DNA of 64,000 nt, taken from IMG/VR virus record IMGVR_UViG_3300021960_006131, positions 26,504-90,503 of that record; one strand, given 5' to 3'. Below the pieces are notes generated by a model that saw nothing but the letters and a program-made list of their open reading frames with translations, was not told where the DNA came from and made no database searches. Every line of letters begins with the position of its first letter. Position 1 is the first letter of the stretch. Below, piece after piece: positions 1 to 8,449 of the stretch. This DNA comes from a virus. The position numbers and the translations under genes are program-made.

Positions 1-1
1 A

Positions 2-574
2 ACTGGTAATAAAGTAAATTGGACAGGGGCATACTTAGGTAATAGTATCCGTGGCGATTATCCTATAAAAAAATCACTGGCAAGTTTATTGAAAGGTGAG
101 ATATTTGGTATAGCAAATGGCCGTGCAGAGTTTGGTCCAAGAGCATTAGGTAATAGAACATTATGTGCTGATCCAAGAGGCAATAAAATTAAAGATGCTG
201 TAAACAAAATCAAACGTAGACAAGAGTTTAGGCCTTTTGCTCCAATTATACTAGAAGAACATGTACACGACTATTTTGAAATGCCAGGGCACATTAGTAA
301 TGCTCCATATATGCAATTTGTAGCAAGATGTAAAAAGCCAAAAGAATTTCCAGCAATAGTTCATGCAGATGGTACAAGCAGAGTACAAACAGTTAATGAA
401 ACAGAACATCCTGACTTGTATGAACTAATGACACAATTTTATAACGAGACAGGTTGCCCAATGATACTGAACACTAGTTTAAATATCAAAGGAATGCCTA
501 TAGTCAATGATGAGAAAGATGCCGCAGACTTCGAAGAAAAATACAACGTCCCAGTCCACACTAAGGACGATTAA
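2..574 (+). CDS. Carbamoyltransferase (NodU/CmcH/TobZ family), C-terminal domain; 5'-truncated by the window
   Basis: Motifs GRAEFGPRALGNR, KRRQEFRPFAP, VHADGTSRVQTV and LNTSLNIKGMPIV. The frame is open from position 2, so the TTG at 89 is not the true start. Confidence 0.93.
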   Translation, partial: TGNKVNWTGAYLGNSIRGDYPIKKSLASLLKGEIFGIANGRAEFGPRALGNRTLCADPRGNKIKDAVNKIKRRQEFRPFAPIILEEHVHDYFEMPGHISNAPYMQFVARCKKPKEFPAIVHADGTSRVQTVNETEHPDLYELMTQFYNETGCPMILNTSLNIKGMPIVNDEKDAADFEEKYNVPVHTKDD

Positions 575-752
575 GAAAAAGTTGCAAGGTAAGTGTACTA
601 CCTGTGGTGGTACTTTGCCAGATCATATTGGTGTATGTCCTGTATGGGGAGAAGAGATATTGCGTAAATATGACAAAATTGATATGGAGGTAGAACATAT
701 TAGTACAGTGGTGCAAAGAGTAGTAGACGAGTTAGAAGAAAGATATGTATGA
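507..752 (+). CDS. Small hypothetical protein with a possible Zn-binding motif
   Basis: CTTC-x6-H-x3-C motif; overlaps both neighbours in an operon-like arrangement; start codon uncertain. Confidence 0.6.
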   Translation: MMRKMPQTSKKNTTSQSTLRTIKKKLQGKCTTCGGTLPDHIGVCPVWGEEILRKYDKIDMEVEHISTVVQRVVDELEERYV

Positions 753-3700
753 TATATTTTACATAGGAGAAAACGTGAGCCTAAAGGATAATTATCCTTT
801 TGCTAAACAAGTCTCTAGTGAAGAAAACATTAAACCTAAAACTGCATTATATTGGTTAGTAGAGCCTAACACAGAAATACTAGACTTTAGTGTACTTGAA
901 TTTGTGCCTAAAGATTACGACAGCCAATATGAACATATATGGAAATGGAGTAACAACAATTACGGTGGTATAAGATTACTGCCCAAAAAAGTTTCTATAG
1001 GCGTAAAAGAAATTAATCAAGTTGTATGTAAGAAAAAATTCAATATTCTAAGTACAACCACTCCAGAGGATTATTTTGAGCACCACCCTTACGCAACTCA
1101 TGTTTGGTGTGTTGATCCTGAATACAAATTAACAGATGATATTAATTGGGCACCAGATAATTTTGAGCCTACGTTTATACACAGTTTCCATTTAAAAGGC
1201 CAACTAGAACATAAGTATCCAGAAAAGGAAGGCGGCATAAAGTTGTTTCCAAATGATTGGAAAAATGCAGAAACAAAATATCATAATTTCTTAGATGCAA
1301 ATGTTACATATCCTATACTTTATGTTAAAGATGTAAACGATATGCAACAAAGAGACATACTCGATGATGACTATGTTTGGCTAGTTGATTTAGAACATAA
1401 AACAAATGTTAAAACATTTGATTGGGTGCCAAATCCATTTGAGCAAGATTACATACACAATTTTAAAATGCCGTACCAACTCACAGAAAAGTATCCACAG
1501 GATATGGGCGGAATAAATTTAGTGCCAAAAGATTGGCAAAGTGCAGATGTAAAAATACATCCTGACTGCCCTATTGAAGATGAAAACTATGATGTGTTTT
1601 ACACTAACAAACCTTTTGATGCAGATACTTTTGAATTCTATGCAAAGCGATCAGACACAGATTGGTTGTGGGTAATAGATAGAGAATATGACTTCAATGG
1701 CAAGTTGCTATATGTTCCTGCTGAACACGAAGAAGATTATATACATGTTTTCAAATGGGGATTAGAACATAGGTACGATCCTGAAGTTACAGAAGTTTGG
1801 GATAATAGAGTTGCCGGCATATATCTTGTAAATAAAAAATTTGATGTAACAAAGAAAAAACTACACACTGATATAGTCCCCATTAGATACGATGTTTACT
1901 TTACAGATAATATAAATGACTATGGCACTTATGCTCGTAAAAGCAGAACTGATGCATTTTGGCTTGTTGACAGTGAACACAAAATAAGCGAAGTATTTAC
2001 ATGGGTACCACCTTATAGTGAACAAGGCTATATAAACATTTTTAAATTACCAGGGCAATTACAACATAAGTACCCACTCAGTATTACAAATGTAAGTGAT
2101 AATAGATGTGGCGGTATAAAACTTGTACCTAAAAACTATAACGAAGAAGAATTAAAGTACCAAGGTGCTCTTACTGAAGTAGAATTAATAGAATATGAAA
2201 AATTTGATACTATTGAAGAAGGCAGAGAAAAATCTAAACACAAATGGTTTTGGGTTATTGACACTGATGTAGATATTGAAGAAAACTTTGATTTTGATTT
2301 TGTGCCTGATACATGGGACGAAGGAAAACAACATGTGTGGCAAAAACTTAATCCTATAACTGGTAAACAGTATGACTATGGTGGTGTAAGTTTAAATCCA
2401 AAAGAACCACAAACAAAAGGCAGACCAAAATACATTAGAGAAATTTGCAGTACGCAAAAAGAATATCCTGTTTACACAATGACAGCAGATGATGTTGCAA
2501 ACGGTGTAGCGGAGTTTTATAAAAAATGTGCTGAAAGCACAGAAACAAAAATGTTTTGGGTAGTAGACTATTGTGTACAAATCTGTGAATCGTTCGACTT
2601 TAGTTACTACCCAACTCAGTGGGATATAAAAAATGTTCATGTGTGGCAAAATGAAAATGGCGACCACACAGATGTTAGACTATGTCCCACTAACCTATTT
2701 TTAAACAATAACTTTACAGAAAAAGAAATAGTCAATAACACTTTTGATGAACTGAAATTAATGCCTAAACAAGCAAGTGAAATGCCACAATGGAATGTGT
2801 ATGCATTTGATGATACACCACTTAAACAACAATTAATTGACTTTGCTGAACAGGATAATAATGCATACTTTTGGACTGTTGATGCTAATGTTGACACATA
2901 TGATAACTGGAATGCCAAGTATAAACCTGCTGTAGAAAACGCAGATAAAGTACATGTATGGCAAAAACTTAATCCAAGAACAGGTAAAGTACATGCATAT
3001 GGTGGTGTAAGACTGTGGCCAAACCCCTTCTTAGACGTATTTAAAACGTCTTACAGCAGTGATGATATCAAGTATAGTAAAACATCTAGGGGTAAGTTAC
3101 AATACGTTAAAGACGCTCTAAGTGTGTCTAAGCCATACGATATAGTGTTCCTATCATACAAAGAAGCGGGGTCTACGACTGCATATGAGCGTCTTACAGC
3201 AAGGTTTGATGCAACCTGGGTCAAAGACATTAAAGGCATATTTAATGCACACAAAGAGGCGGCAAATAGGGTTAAAAGCGATATGTTTTGGGTAGTAGAT
3301 GCTGATGCTGACATATCAGAAGACTTTGATTTTAGTTATATACCTGATGTGTATGACGAAGAAGTAGTTCATGTATGGGCAAGTAAAAACCCTGTGACTG
3401 GCGAAGAATACGGATACGGTGGTGTTAAACTGTTCAACACAGAACAAGTACTCGAAGCAACTAGTTGGGGATTAGACTTTACTACCGGACTTAGTAATCG
3501 TTTTAAAGCAATGCCACAAGTAAGTTGTGTTACTAGGTTTAATACAGACGCCTTTAGTACTTGGCGTAGTGCCTTTAGGGAATGTGTTAAATTAACACTT
3601 AGTAATGACCCGGATAGCGAGGCTAGATTAAATAGTTGGTTAAATCCACAAGTATATGCAGACTTTGTAGAAGATGCAATAAAAGGTGCAGAACAAGGAA

Positions 3701-3789
3701 AACAATTCGCTTTAGCAAATAATAATAATCCAACTGAATTAAATAAAATTAATGACTACGATTGGTTAGAGGAACAATGGAAAGCATAG
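745..3789 (+). CDS. Tandem-repeat glycosyltransferase-like protein (eight degenerate GT-A-like modules plus one complete module)
   Basis: Nine repeats of Y(D/P)(I/V)xY...W(V/L)(V/I)D...P...H(V/I)(W/F)...GG(I/V)xLxP. The last module has FWVVDAD (DxD) and aligns by eye with the 320-aa protein at 10575-11537. Confidence 0.75.
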   Translation: MYDIFYIGENVSLKDNYPFAKQVSSEENIKPKTALYWLVEPNTEILDFSVLEFVPKDYDSQYEHIWKWSNNNYGGIRLLPKKVSIGVKEINQVVCKKKFNILSTTTPEDYFEHHPYATHVWCVDPEYKLTDDINWAPDNFEPTFIHSFHLKGQLEHKYPEKEGGIKLFPNDWKNAETKYHNFLDANVTYPILYVKDVNDMQQRDILDDDYVWLVDLEHKTNVKTFDWVPNPFEQDYIHNFKMPYQLTEKYPQDMGGINLVPKDWQSADVKIHPDCPIEDENYDVFYTNKPFDADTFEFYAKRSDTDWLWVIDREYDFNGKLLYVPAEHEEDYIHVFKWGLEHRYDPEVTEVWDNRVAGIYLVNKKFDVTKKKLHTDIVPIRYDVYFTDNINDYGTYARKSRTDAFWLVDSEHKISEVFTWVPPYSEQGYINIFKLPGQLQHKYPLSITNVSDNRCGGIKLVPKNYNEEELKYQGALTEVELIEYEKFDTIEEGREKSKHKWFWVIDTDVDIEENFDFDFVPDTWDEGKQHVWQKLNPITGKQYDYGGVSLNPKEPQTKGRPKYIREICSTQKEYPVYTMTADDVANGVAEFYKKCAESTETKMFWVVDYCVQICESFDFSYYPTQWDIKNVHVWQNENGDHTDVRLCPTNLFLNNNFTEKEIVNNTFDELKLMPKQASEMPQWNVYAFDDTPLKQQLIDFAEQDNNAYFWTVDANVDTYDNWNAKYKPAVENADKVHVWQKLNPRTGKVHAYGGVRLWPNPFLDVFKTSYSSDDIKYSKTSRGKLQYVKDALSVSKPYDIVFLSYKEAGSTTAYERLTARFDATWVKDIKGIFNAHKEAANRVKSDMFWVVDADADISEDFDFSYIPDVYDEEVVHVWASKNPVTGEEYGYGGVKLFNTEQVLEATSWGLDFTTGLSNRFKAMPQVSCVTRFNTDAFSTWRSAFRECVKLTLSNDPDSEARLNSWLNPQVYADFVEDAIKGAEQGKQFALANNNNPTELNKINDYDWLEEQWKA

Positions 3790-4478
3790 TATTAAATAGT
3801 TGGAAAGAAGTGACAGAGTATATTGACGGTGGCTTTTGGCAACCTACTCCTAGTTACTTTGAACACATTGTTCAGCATGGTAATTACTATCCACAACATG
3901 CTTTCAGCAAAGGACAATTGGCAAGTAAGAGTTGGTTACTTGGTAAACTGCATTTAAAAACAAATTTTTCGCCTGATGCTGACCCTATACCAAATGAACT
4001 TACTGTTGCTATTTTAGGCAGTTGGATCGGTGCTCTAGTAGAACCATTGCATAAAACATTTAATATATTACGTTTATATGGAATTGACACAGATGCTGAA
4101 GCAATAGAAAAGTCAGAAAAACTTAATAGACAATTTGTACAAGATGAATGGAAATACAAAGGGGTAGTACATGATGTTGATTTACTAGATTGCGGCGAAA
4201 TGGAATTTCAAACTGGTGGTGAATTAATACAATGCAAACCTAATTGGATTATTAATACCAGTTGCGAACATATGAGTACACTATGGTATGATAGTGTAGA
4301 CAGTGATCAACTTATAATTATGCAAACAAATAATTCAGAAGAGTTTGAAGGACACGTTAATACTTGCAAAGATGTAAAAGAAATGCAAGAAAAATATCCA
4401 TTGTCTAAGACACTTTATGTGGGAGAGTTAGTTACTCCAGCATATACTCGTTTTATGCAAATTGGTTATAAACCTTAA
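3777..4478 (+). CDS. Class I SAM-dependent methyltransferase-like protein
   Basis: VAILGSWIG motif I-like segment, acidic GIDTD motif II, and INTSCEH. ATG at 3777 preferred over TTG at 3762. Confidence 0.7.
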   Translation: MESIVLNSWKEVTEYIDGGFWQPTPSYFEHIVQHGNYYPQHAFSKGQLASKSWLLGKLHLKTNFSPDADPIPNELTVAILGSWIGALVEPLHKTFNILRLYGIDTDAEAIEKSEKLNRQFVQDEWKYKGVVHDVDLLDCGEMEFQTGGELIQCKPNWIINTSCEHMSTLWYDSVDSDQLIIMQTNNSEEFEGHVNTCKDVKEMQEKYPLSKTLYVGELVTPAYTRFMQIGYKP

Positions 4479-4645
4479 AACAAAGTCCACAAATAATAAA
4501 AAAATGCATATCCTATAATTATTGGTATCCAGTACGCAATATTAAATAATACAGTAAATGTACCACTAATTAATGCAATTACACCATCTAAACCACCAAA
4601 GTATAAAAAGGTTAAAGCAAGAATAACTATTAAGAATGTAAACAT
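4475..4645 (-). CDS. 56-aa hydrophobic membrane protein (absent from the ORF track)
   Basis: Translates as MFTFLIVILALTFLYFGGLDGVIALISGTFTVLFNIAYWIPIIIGYAFFYYLWTLF*; AGGAG Shine-Dalgarno and its own sigma70 promoter upstream. Confidence 0.85.
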   Translation of the reverse strand: MFTFLIVILALTFLYFGGLDGVIALISGTFTVLFNIAYWIPIIIGYAFFYYLWTLF

Positions 4646-4674
4646 AAATCTCCTACAATTTTTATTACTCTTAT

Positions 4675-4703
4675 ATTATAGTAAATTTTGAGATGTTTGT
4701 CAA
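4675..4703 (-). promoter_or_regulatory. Consensus sigma70-type (early) promoter
   Basis: The minus strand reads TTGACA-aacatctcaaaatttac (17 nt)-TATAAT, upstream of the 56-aa ORF. Confidence 0.9.
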
Positions 4704-4704
4704 C

Positions 4705-6123
4705 CTATCTTTGATTATGTTTTGGGTCTGGTCTATTCCACCAACTCCATAATTCAGGATGTTGGCAATAGATATCATTTATTGTTAAACGGCCATCTTG
4801 CCCGTCTTTTCTGATTGCTTGAATAATTTGTTGATACTTACGACCATTAAAGAATTGATCGTTTGCTGTATCAGGCCATTGCTCTTGGAATGTTGGCGAT
4901 TCAAGTAGTCCTTCTAGTTCGCGAATTAATGTTTTTTGCTTGTCAGTTACTCTGGGCCTACAGTAATCTAATAAGTCATTTACTATTTCGTCAAGTATGT
5001 GCCTAGGCCATGCCATTGGTGATAATACTATATCTGCATGGAAGGCAAACATTCGTTTTGTTTCTATTTTAACATCTAGTTCTAGTGCATAATCTAAAAA
5101 GTTTTTGATATCAAATAAACCTGGACCTGTAATTGTTAAGTCCATTATCATTTTATCATTGCCACCTGGTAGTGCTACACCCTCTCTAAAGTTTCTATCC
5201 CATTCTTCCCAATTAAGTCCTGTTCTAATAAACTCACCTATTGGTCCTGTGCCGTCAATACTAGCACACATAGTCCAGTCTTTTGCTTGTGGTAACCAAT
5301 CATATAAGTAATAGTCTTTGTATCTTACTCTACTTAGGTTACTATTATATCTTAAATGAACTTTGTGTAAATTATTATCTGCTTGTAGTCTATCCATTGA
5401 CTTCCAGTGTATATCATACATAAGTGGTTCACCTCCTACCCAGTATAATTCTTCAACTGTGCCCGATTTGATATATTCCCAAAACTCTTCTTCAACTACT
5501 TCCTTTTGGAACTTTTCGATAATCTTCTTATTCTCGGGGACCATGAATGGTTGTTGTTCAGGAGTCCAAAGGTCGTGTTTCCTTTTTTCCGTTTCCCAAC
5601 TGCTACTGAGTTGTTCGCCACACATACGGCATTTAAAATTGCATAAATTACTATACCTATAATCAAAAGAGATAGGTTCCATTGTAGTATATCCATTTTC
5701 GTCTGTCTCCTCAAAACATTGATCTATTTTGTTGTTAAATAAAAATCCTGTAAACCATTGACGATATGTACTGTTACTTAATAAACTGTCATTGCACACA
5801 TCACATTGTGGTATCTTTTCGCCTGCCATAAGTTTTTTTCTTATGTCCATCATATAGGGTGAGTTCCAGTGTTCTTTTAAACTCACAGGCTTATAGTCAG
5901 CAATAGTACCTGATTCTTTTACTTCTCCATACTTTTCGTCATTACTTGCATCTATGTACTGTTTTTGAAATTGATGTTCTTCCCTACTTGCACAACACAT
6001 ACGCCTTTCACTTTGTGGTGAAATATATGTGTGAGTCCAAGGAGCAGTACAAAATACTTTGTTAGGTGAATCTGGACTTACAGAACCATGTTCCCAAATT
6101 GGTTTTATTTTACTCACTATCAA
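4705..6123 (-). CDS. Radical SAM protein with N-terminal SPASM/twitch-like Cys cluster
   Basis: CNFKCRMC (CxxxCxxC), GGEPL, N-terminal FCTAPW...RMCC...CDVC, and ASIDG...IRTG. Confidence 0.92.
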   Translation of the reverse strand: MIVSKIKPIWEHGSVSPDSPNKVFCTAPWTHTYISPQSERRMCCASREEHQFQKQYIDASNDEKYGEVKESGTIADYKPVSLKEHWNSPYMMDIRKKLMAGEKIPQCDVCNDSLLSNSTYRQWFTGFLFNNKIDQCFEETDENGYTTMEPISFDYRYSNLCNFKCRMCGEQLSSSWETEKRKHDLWTPEQQPFMVPENKKIIEKFQKEVVEEEFWEYIKSGTVEELYWVGGEPLMYDIHWKSMDRLQADNNLHKVHLRYNSNLSRVRYKDYYLYDWLPQAKDWTMCASIDGTGPIGEFIRTGLNWEEWDRNFREGVALPGGNDKMIMDLTITGPGLFDIKNFLDYALELDVKIETKRMFAFHADIVLSPMAWPRHILDEIVNDLLDYCRPRVTDKQKTLIRELEGLLESPTFQEQWPDTANDQFFNGRKYQQIIQAIRKDGQDGRLTINDIYCQHPELWSWWNRPDPKHNQR

Positions 6124-6745
6124 ATCCTATATGTATTGTATCTCTATGATTTTCTGTTGGAAAATTTATTCTGTGTAATTGTCTTGCTCTAAATATTACA
6201 GCAGTACCAGGAGTGCCATTATAAAACTTACCAGGTATGTCGCTTACACAAGAATATTTATTTTTTATTTCACTATATGATTTATCAGCGATGTATGTTA
6301 AGTCTTCTTCCATACATACAGCACCGTTACTTTCGTTCACATCATTTAAATAAATTATCATTTTAATTCTGTTTTCTGGTTGGTAAGTATCAGCATGCCA
6401 AAACAATGAAGGCCAGCCGCCTGATAAAAGTTGTTTGTGTTCAGACTGATCAAATTCAACATCTGGTATTCTTGAACCCCACAAATAGGCATTTGACATT
6501 TCTGGCACAGGATACATTCTCTCCATTCTGAACTCTTTTATATTACCAGGTATCCATTCTTCTATAATTTTATATTCGTGAAGCATATTAAATTGATCTA
6601 TATTACTAAAAAGATCAATAGCAGGCATATTATTGAATTGCAATTCGCTTGTTAATTGAATTTTGTGATACAATTTATACAAATTTATTAAAATAGCATT
6701 TGGGATTTTAAAACAATATGGTTTGCCTTTGTCTGGTATTTGCAT
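6110..6745 (-). CDS. 2OG-Fe(II) oxygenase-like (PhyH-like) protein
   Basis: WHAD (HxD), IYLNDVNESNG, GTAVIF...LHR and a terminal R. Confidence 0.72.
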   Translation of the reverse strand: MQIPDKGKPYCFKIPNAILINLYKLYHKIQLTSELQFNNMPAIDLFSNIDQFNMLHEYKIIEEWIPGNIKEFRMERMYPVPEMSNAYLWGSRIPDVEFDQSEHKQLLSGGWPSLFWHADTYQPENRIKMIIYLNDVNESNGAVCMEEDLTYIADKSYSEIKNKYSCVSDIPGKFYNGTPGTAVIFRARQLHRINFPTENHRDTIHIGFDSE

Positions 6746-6750
6746 ATCAA

Positions 6751-6757
6751 TAGTTAT
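6751..6757 (-). promoter_or_regulatory. Late promoter variant ATAACTA
   Basis: ATAACTA-TTGAT-ATG; same 5-nt spacing to the ATG as four other sites. Confidence 0.6.
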
Positions 6758-8439
6758 TGTGTTCCACCTAAGCCATCATTATCAGTGTCCCATCCTATAC
6801 TACTGCCTGCTTTCTTTTTAAAATCAGGCTCGTCCGCATACTTGTCATCATCGTAATCATCTTGGCTTTCACCGGTTTGGCGTCTGTCTTTTCTGTTTTC
6901 AGTTCTGTCTCGGACATCTATAACTTGCACTACACCATCTTCATCAACTTCTCTGTGTGCATATATTTCTACAGCACGTTCGCCTTTGGGTTTTTGAATA
7001 TCTTCTTCCTCAACCTCTAATGGTCTAACTTCTAAACTGTCATACCATTCTACTAAGTTAGGGAATGTTTTTCTAAAATCCTTTCCTCTTCTTACATCAT
7101 ACTGATCATAAAAAACTTTAAAGTCATGTTCTAACTTCCATCTATCAGCAGTATTTCTATGAGGTGTTTTAACAACGTCTAAGTATTCTATTAGTCTACT
7201 TAGTTGATCTGCTTCCCAAGATTGTACTAATGCTCTGCCTGTGCCGTCGACTTCATTCTTTTCTTGTACTTTTCTATGCCATGCTAATAATTGATCGTGG
7301 TACTTTGATCTTAAATGATCTGGAAGTGTTAATGCACTTTGAAAACTTGGAAAACGCAATATGTTTACACTAAAACTTGGCTTATTATGACCAAACTCTC
7401 TTTTAAGTTCTAAAACCCAATCTAAAAATTCTACCATGCTGTCTAAACACAATGCATTAATAGTCATCATCATATGAAAGCCTTCTATTTTACCTTCTCT
7501 TAACATCTTAACACAATTTTGACTAAACTGCGGAAAATCTAATCCATCTCTAATGTACTCCCCTTGAGCACCAAAAGCCTCGCCACTTGTATATAAATGA
7601 AAACGTTCAACGTGTTGAGTTGCTTCTGCAAGTTTTGTTATTAGTGTATCCTTTGCACCCAAGTTACTGTTAATTGCATAACGCATTTTCTTTGCATTAG
7701 GATGAATGTCACCGTTTTCTTTGAACCAATCAAATAGTCCCCAAACACTAGCACTCATTGTAGGCTCGCCGCCTGTGATTCTTAATTCGTCTAGTTCTAA
7801 ACTTAGTTCAGGCCACCATTCCCAAAATGCTTTCACATAAGGATTCTCTTCGTCTTTTTCAAATGGATCGGCGTAAGGAGCATCATCTATAAAATGCCCT
7901 CTTGCATCACTTCTAATATTTGAGTAACCGCCATTAGTTCTTATGTCTTTTACCCATGTAGAGGAGAATGCTGGGTTACAATAACTACATGCAAACTGAC
8001 ATGTTCTATCAAAAGCAATTTCTAAAGTTTTTAAGTTTACATCTTCTGCTGGATCCATGTTTGCAATTCGTTGCAATTCTGCATCACTGTAAATATGTGT
8101 TTTAAATGTCCTATCGCTGACAGGTCTACTGCCATCAGCATCTTTTTCCATGTCTTCAATTTTCCAGCAATATTCACATTCCTTAGGTCTTGTGCCTTCT
8201 AACATCATTTGACGCATTTTCTTTTTGTGTCGAGTGTTATGAATTGCACTTGGATTAGTTTTTATTTCTTCTTTATCAATGTTATGTGCAGGGGGATGGT
8301 GGCAACTTGCTGTGCCTCCGTGTCCTAGCCAAATAGTTGCATTGTACCATTTAGCACCACAAAACGAATCTGATATCGGATCAATTACTCTTGTTCTATA
8401 GTCATCAAATGATTCATTCGGTTGTCTACCTTTACTCAT
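6754..8439 (-). CDS. Radical SAM protein (twitch-like N-terminus, long acidic C-terminal tail)
   Basis: CQFACSYC, TGGEPT, N-terminal FCGAKW...SCHHP...ECEYCW. Confidence 0.92.
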   Translation of the reverse strand: MSKGRQPNESFDDYRTRVIDPISDSFCGAKWYNATIWLGHGGTASCHHPPAHNIDKEEIKTNPSAIHNTRHKKKMRQMMLEGTRPKECEYCWKIEDMEKDADGSRPVSDRTFKTHIYSDAELQRIANMDPAEDVNLKTLEIAFDRTCQFACSYCNPAFSSTWVKDIRTNGGYSNIRSDARGHFIDDAPYADPFEKDEENPYVKAFWEWWPELSLELDELRITGGEPTMSASVWGLFDWFKENGDIHPNAKKMRYAINSNLGAKDTLITKLAEATQHVERFHLYTSGEAFGAQGEYIRDGLDFPQFSQNCVKMLREGKIEGFHMMMTINALCLDSMVEFLDWVLELKREFGHNKPSFSVNILRFPSFQSALTLPDHLRSKYHDQLLAWHRKVQEKNEVDGTGRALVQSWEADQLSRLIEYLDVVKTPHRNTADRWKLEHDFKVFYDQYDVRRGKDFRKTFPNLVEWYDSLEVRPLEVEEEDIQKPKGERAVEIYAHREVDEDGVVQVIDVRDRTENRKDRRQTGESQDDYDDDKYADEPDFKKKAGSSIGWDTDNDGLGGTQ

Positions 8440-8449
8440 CTTTTCTCCT

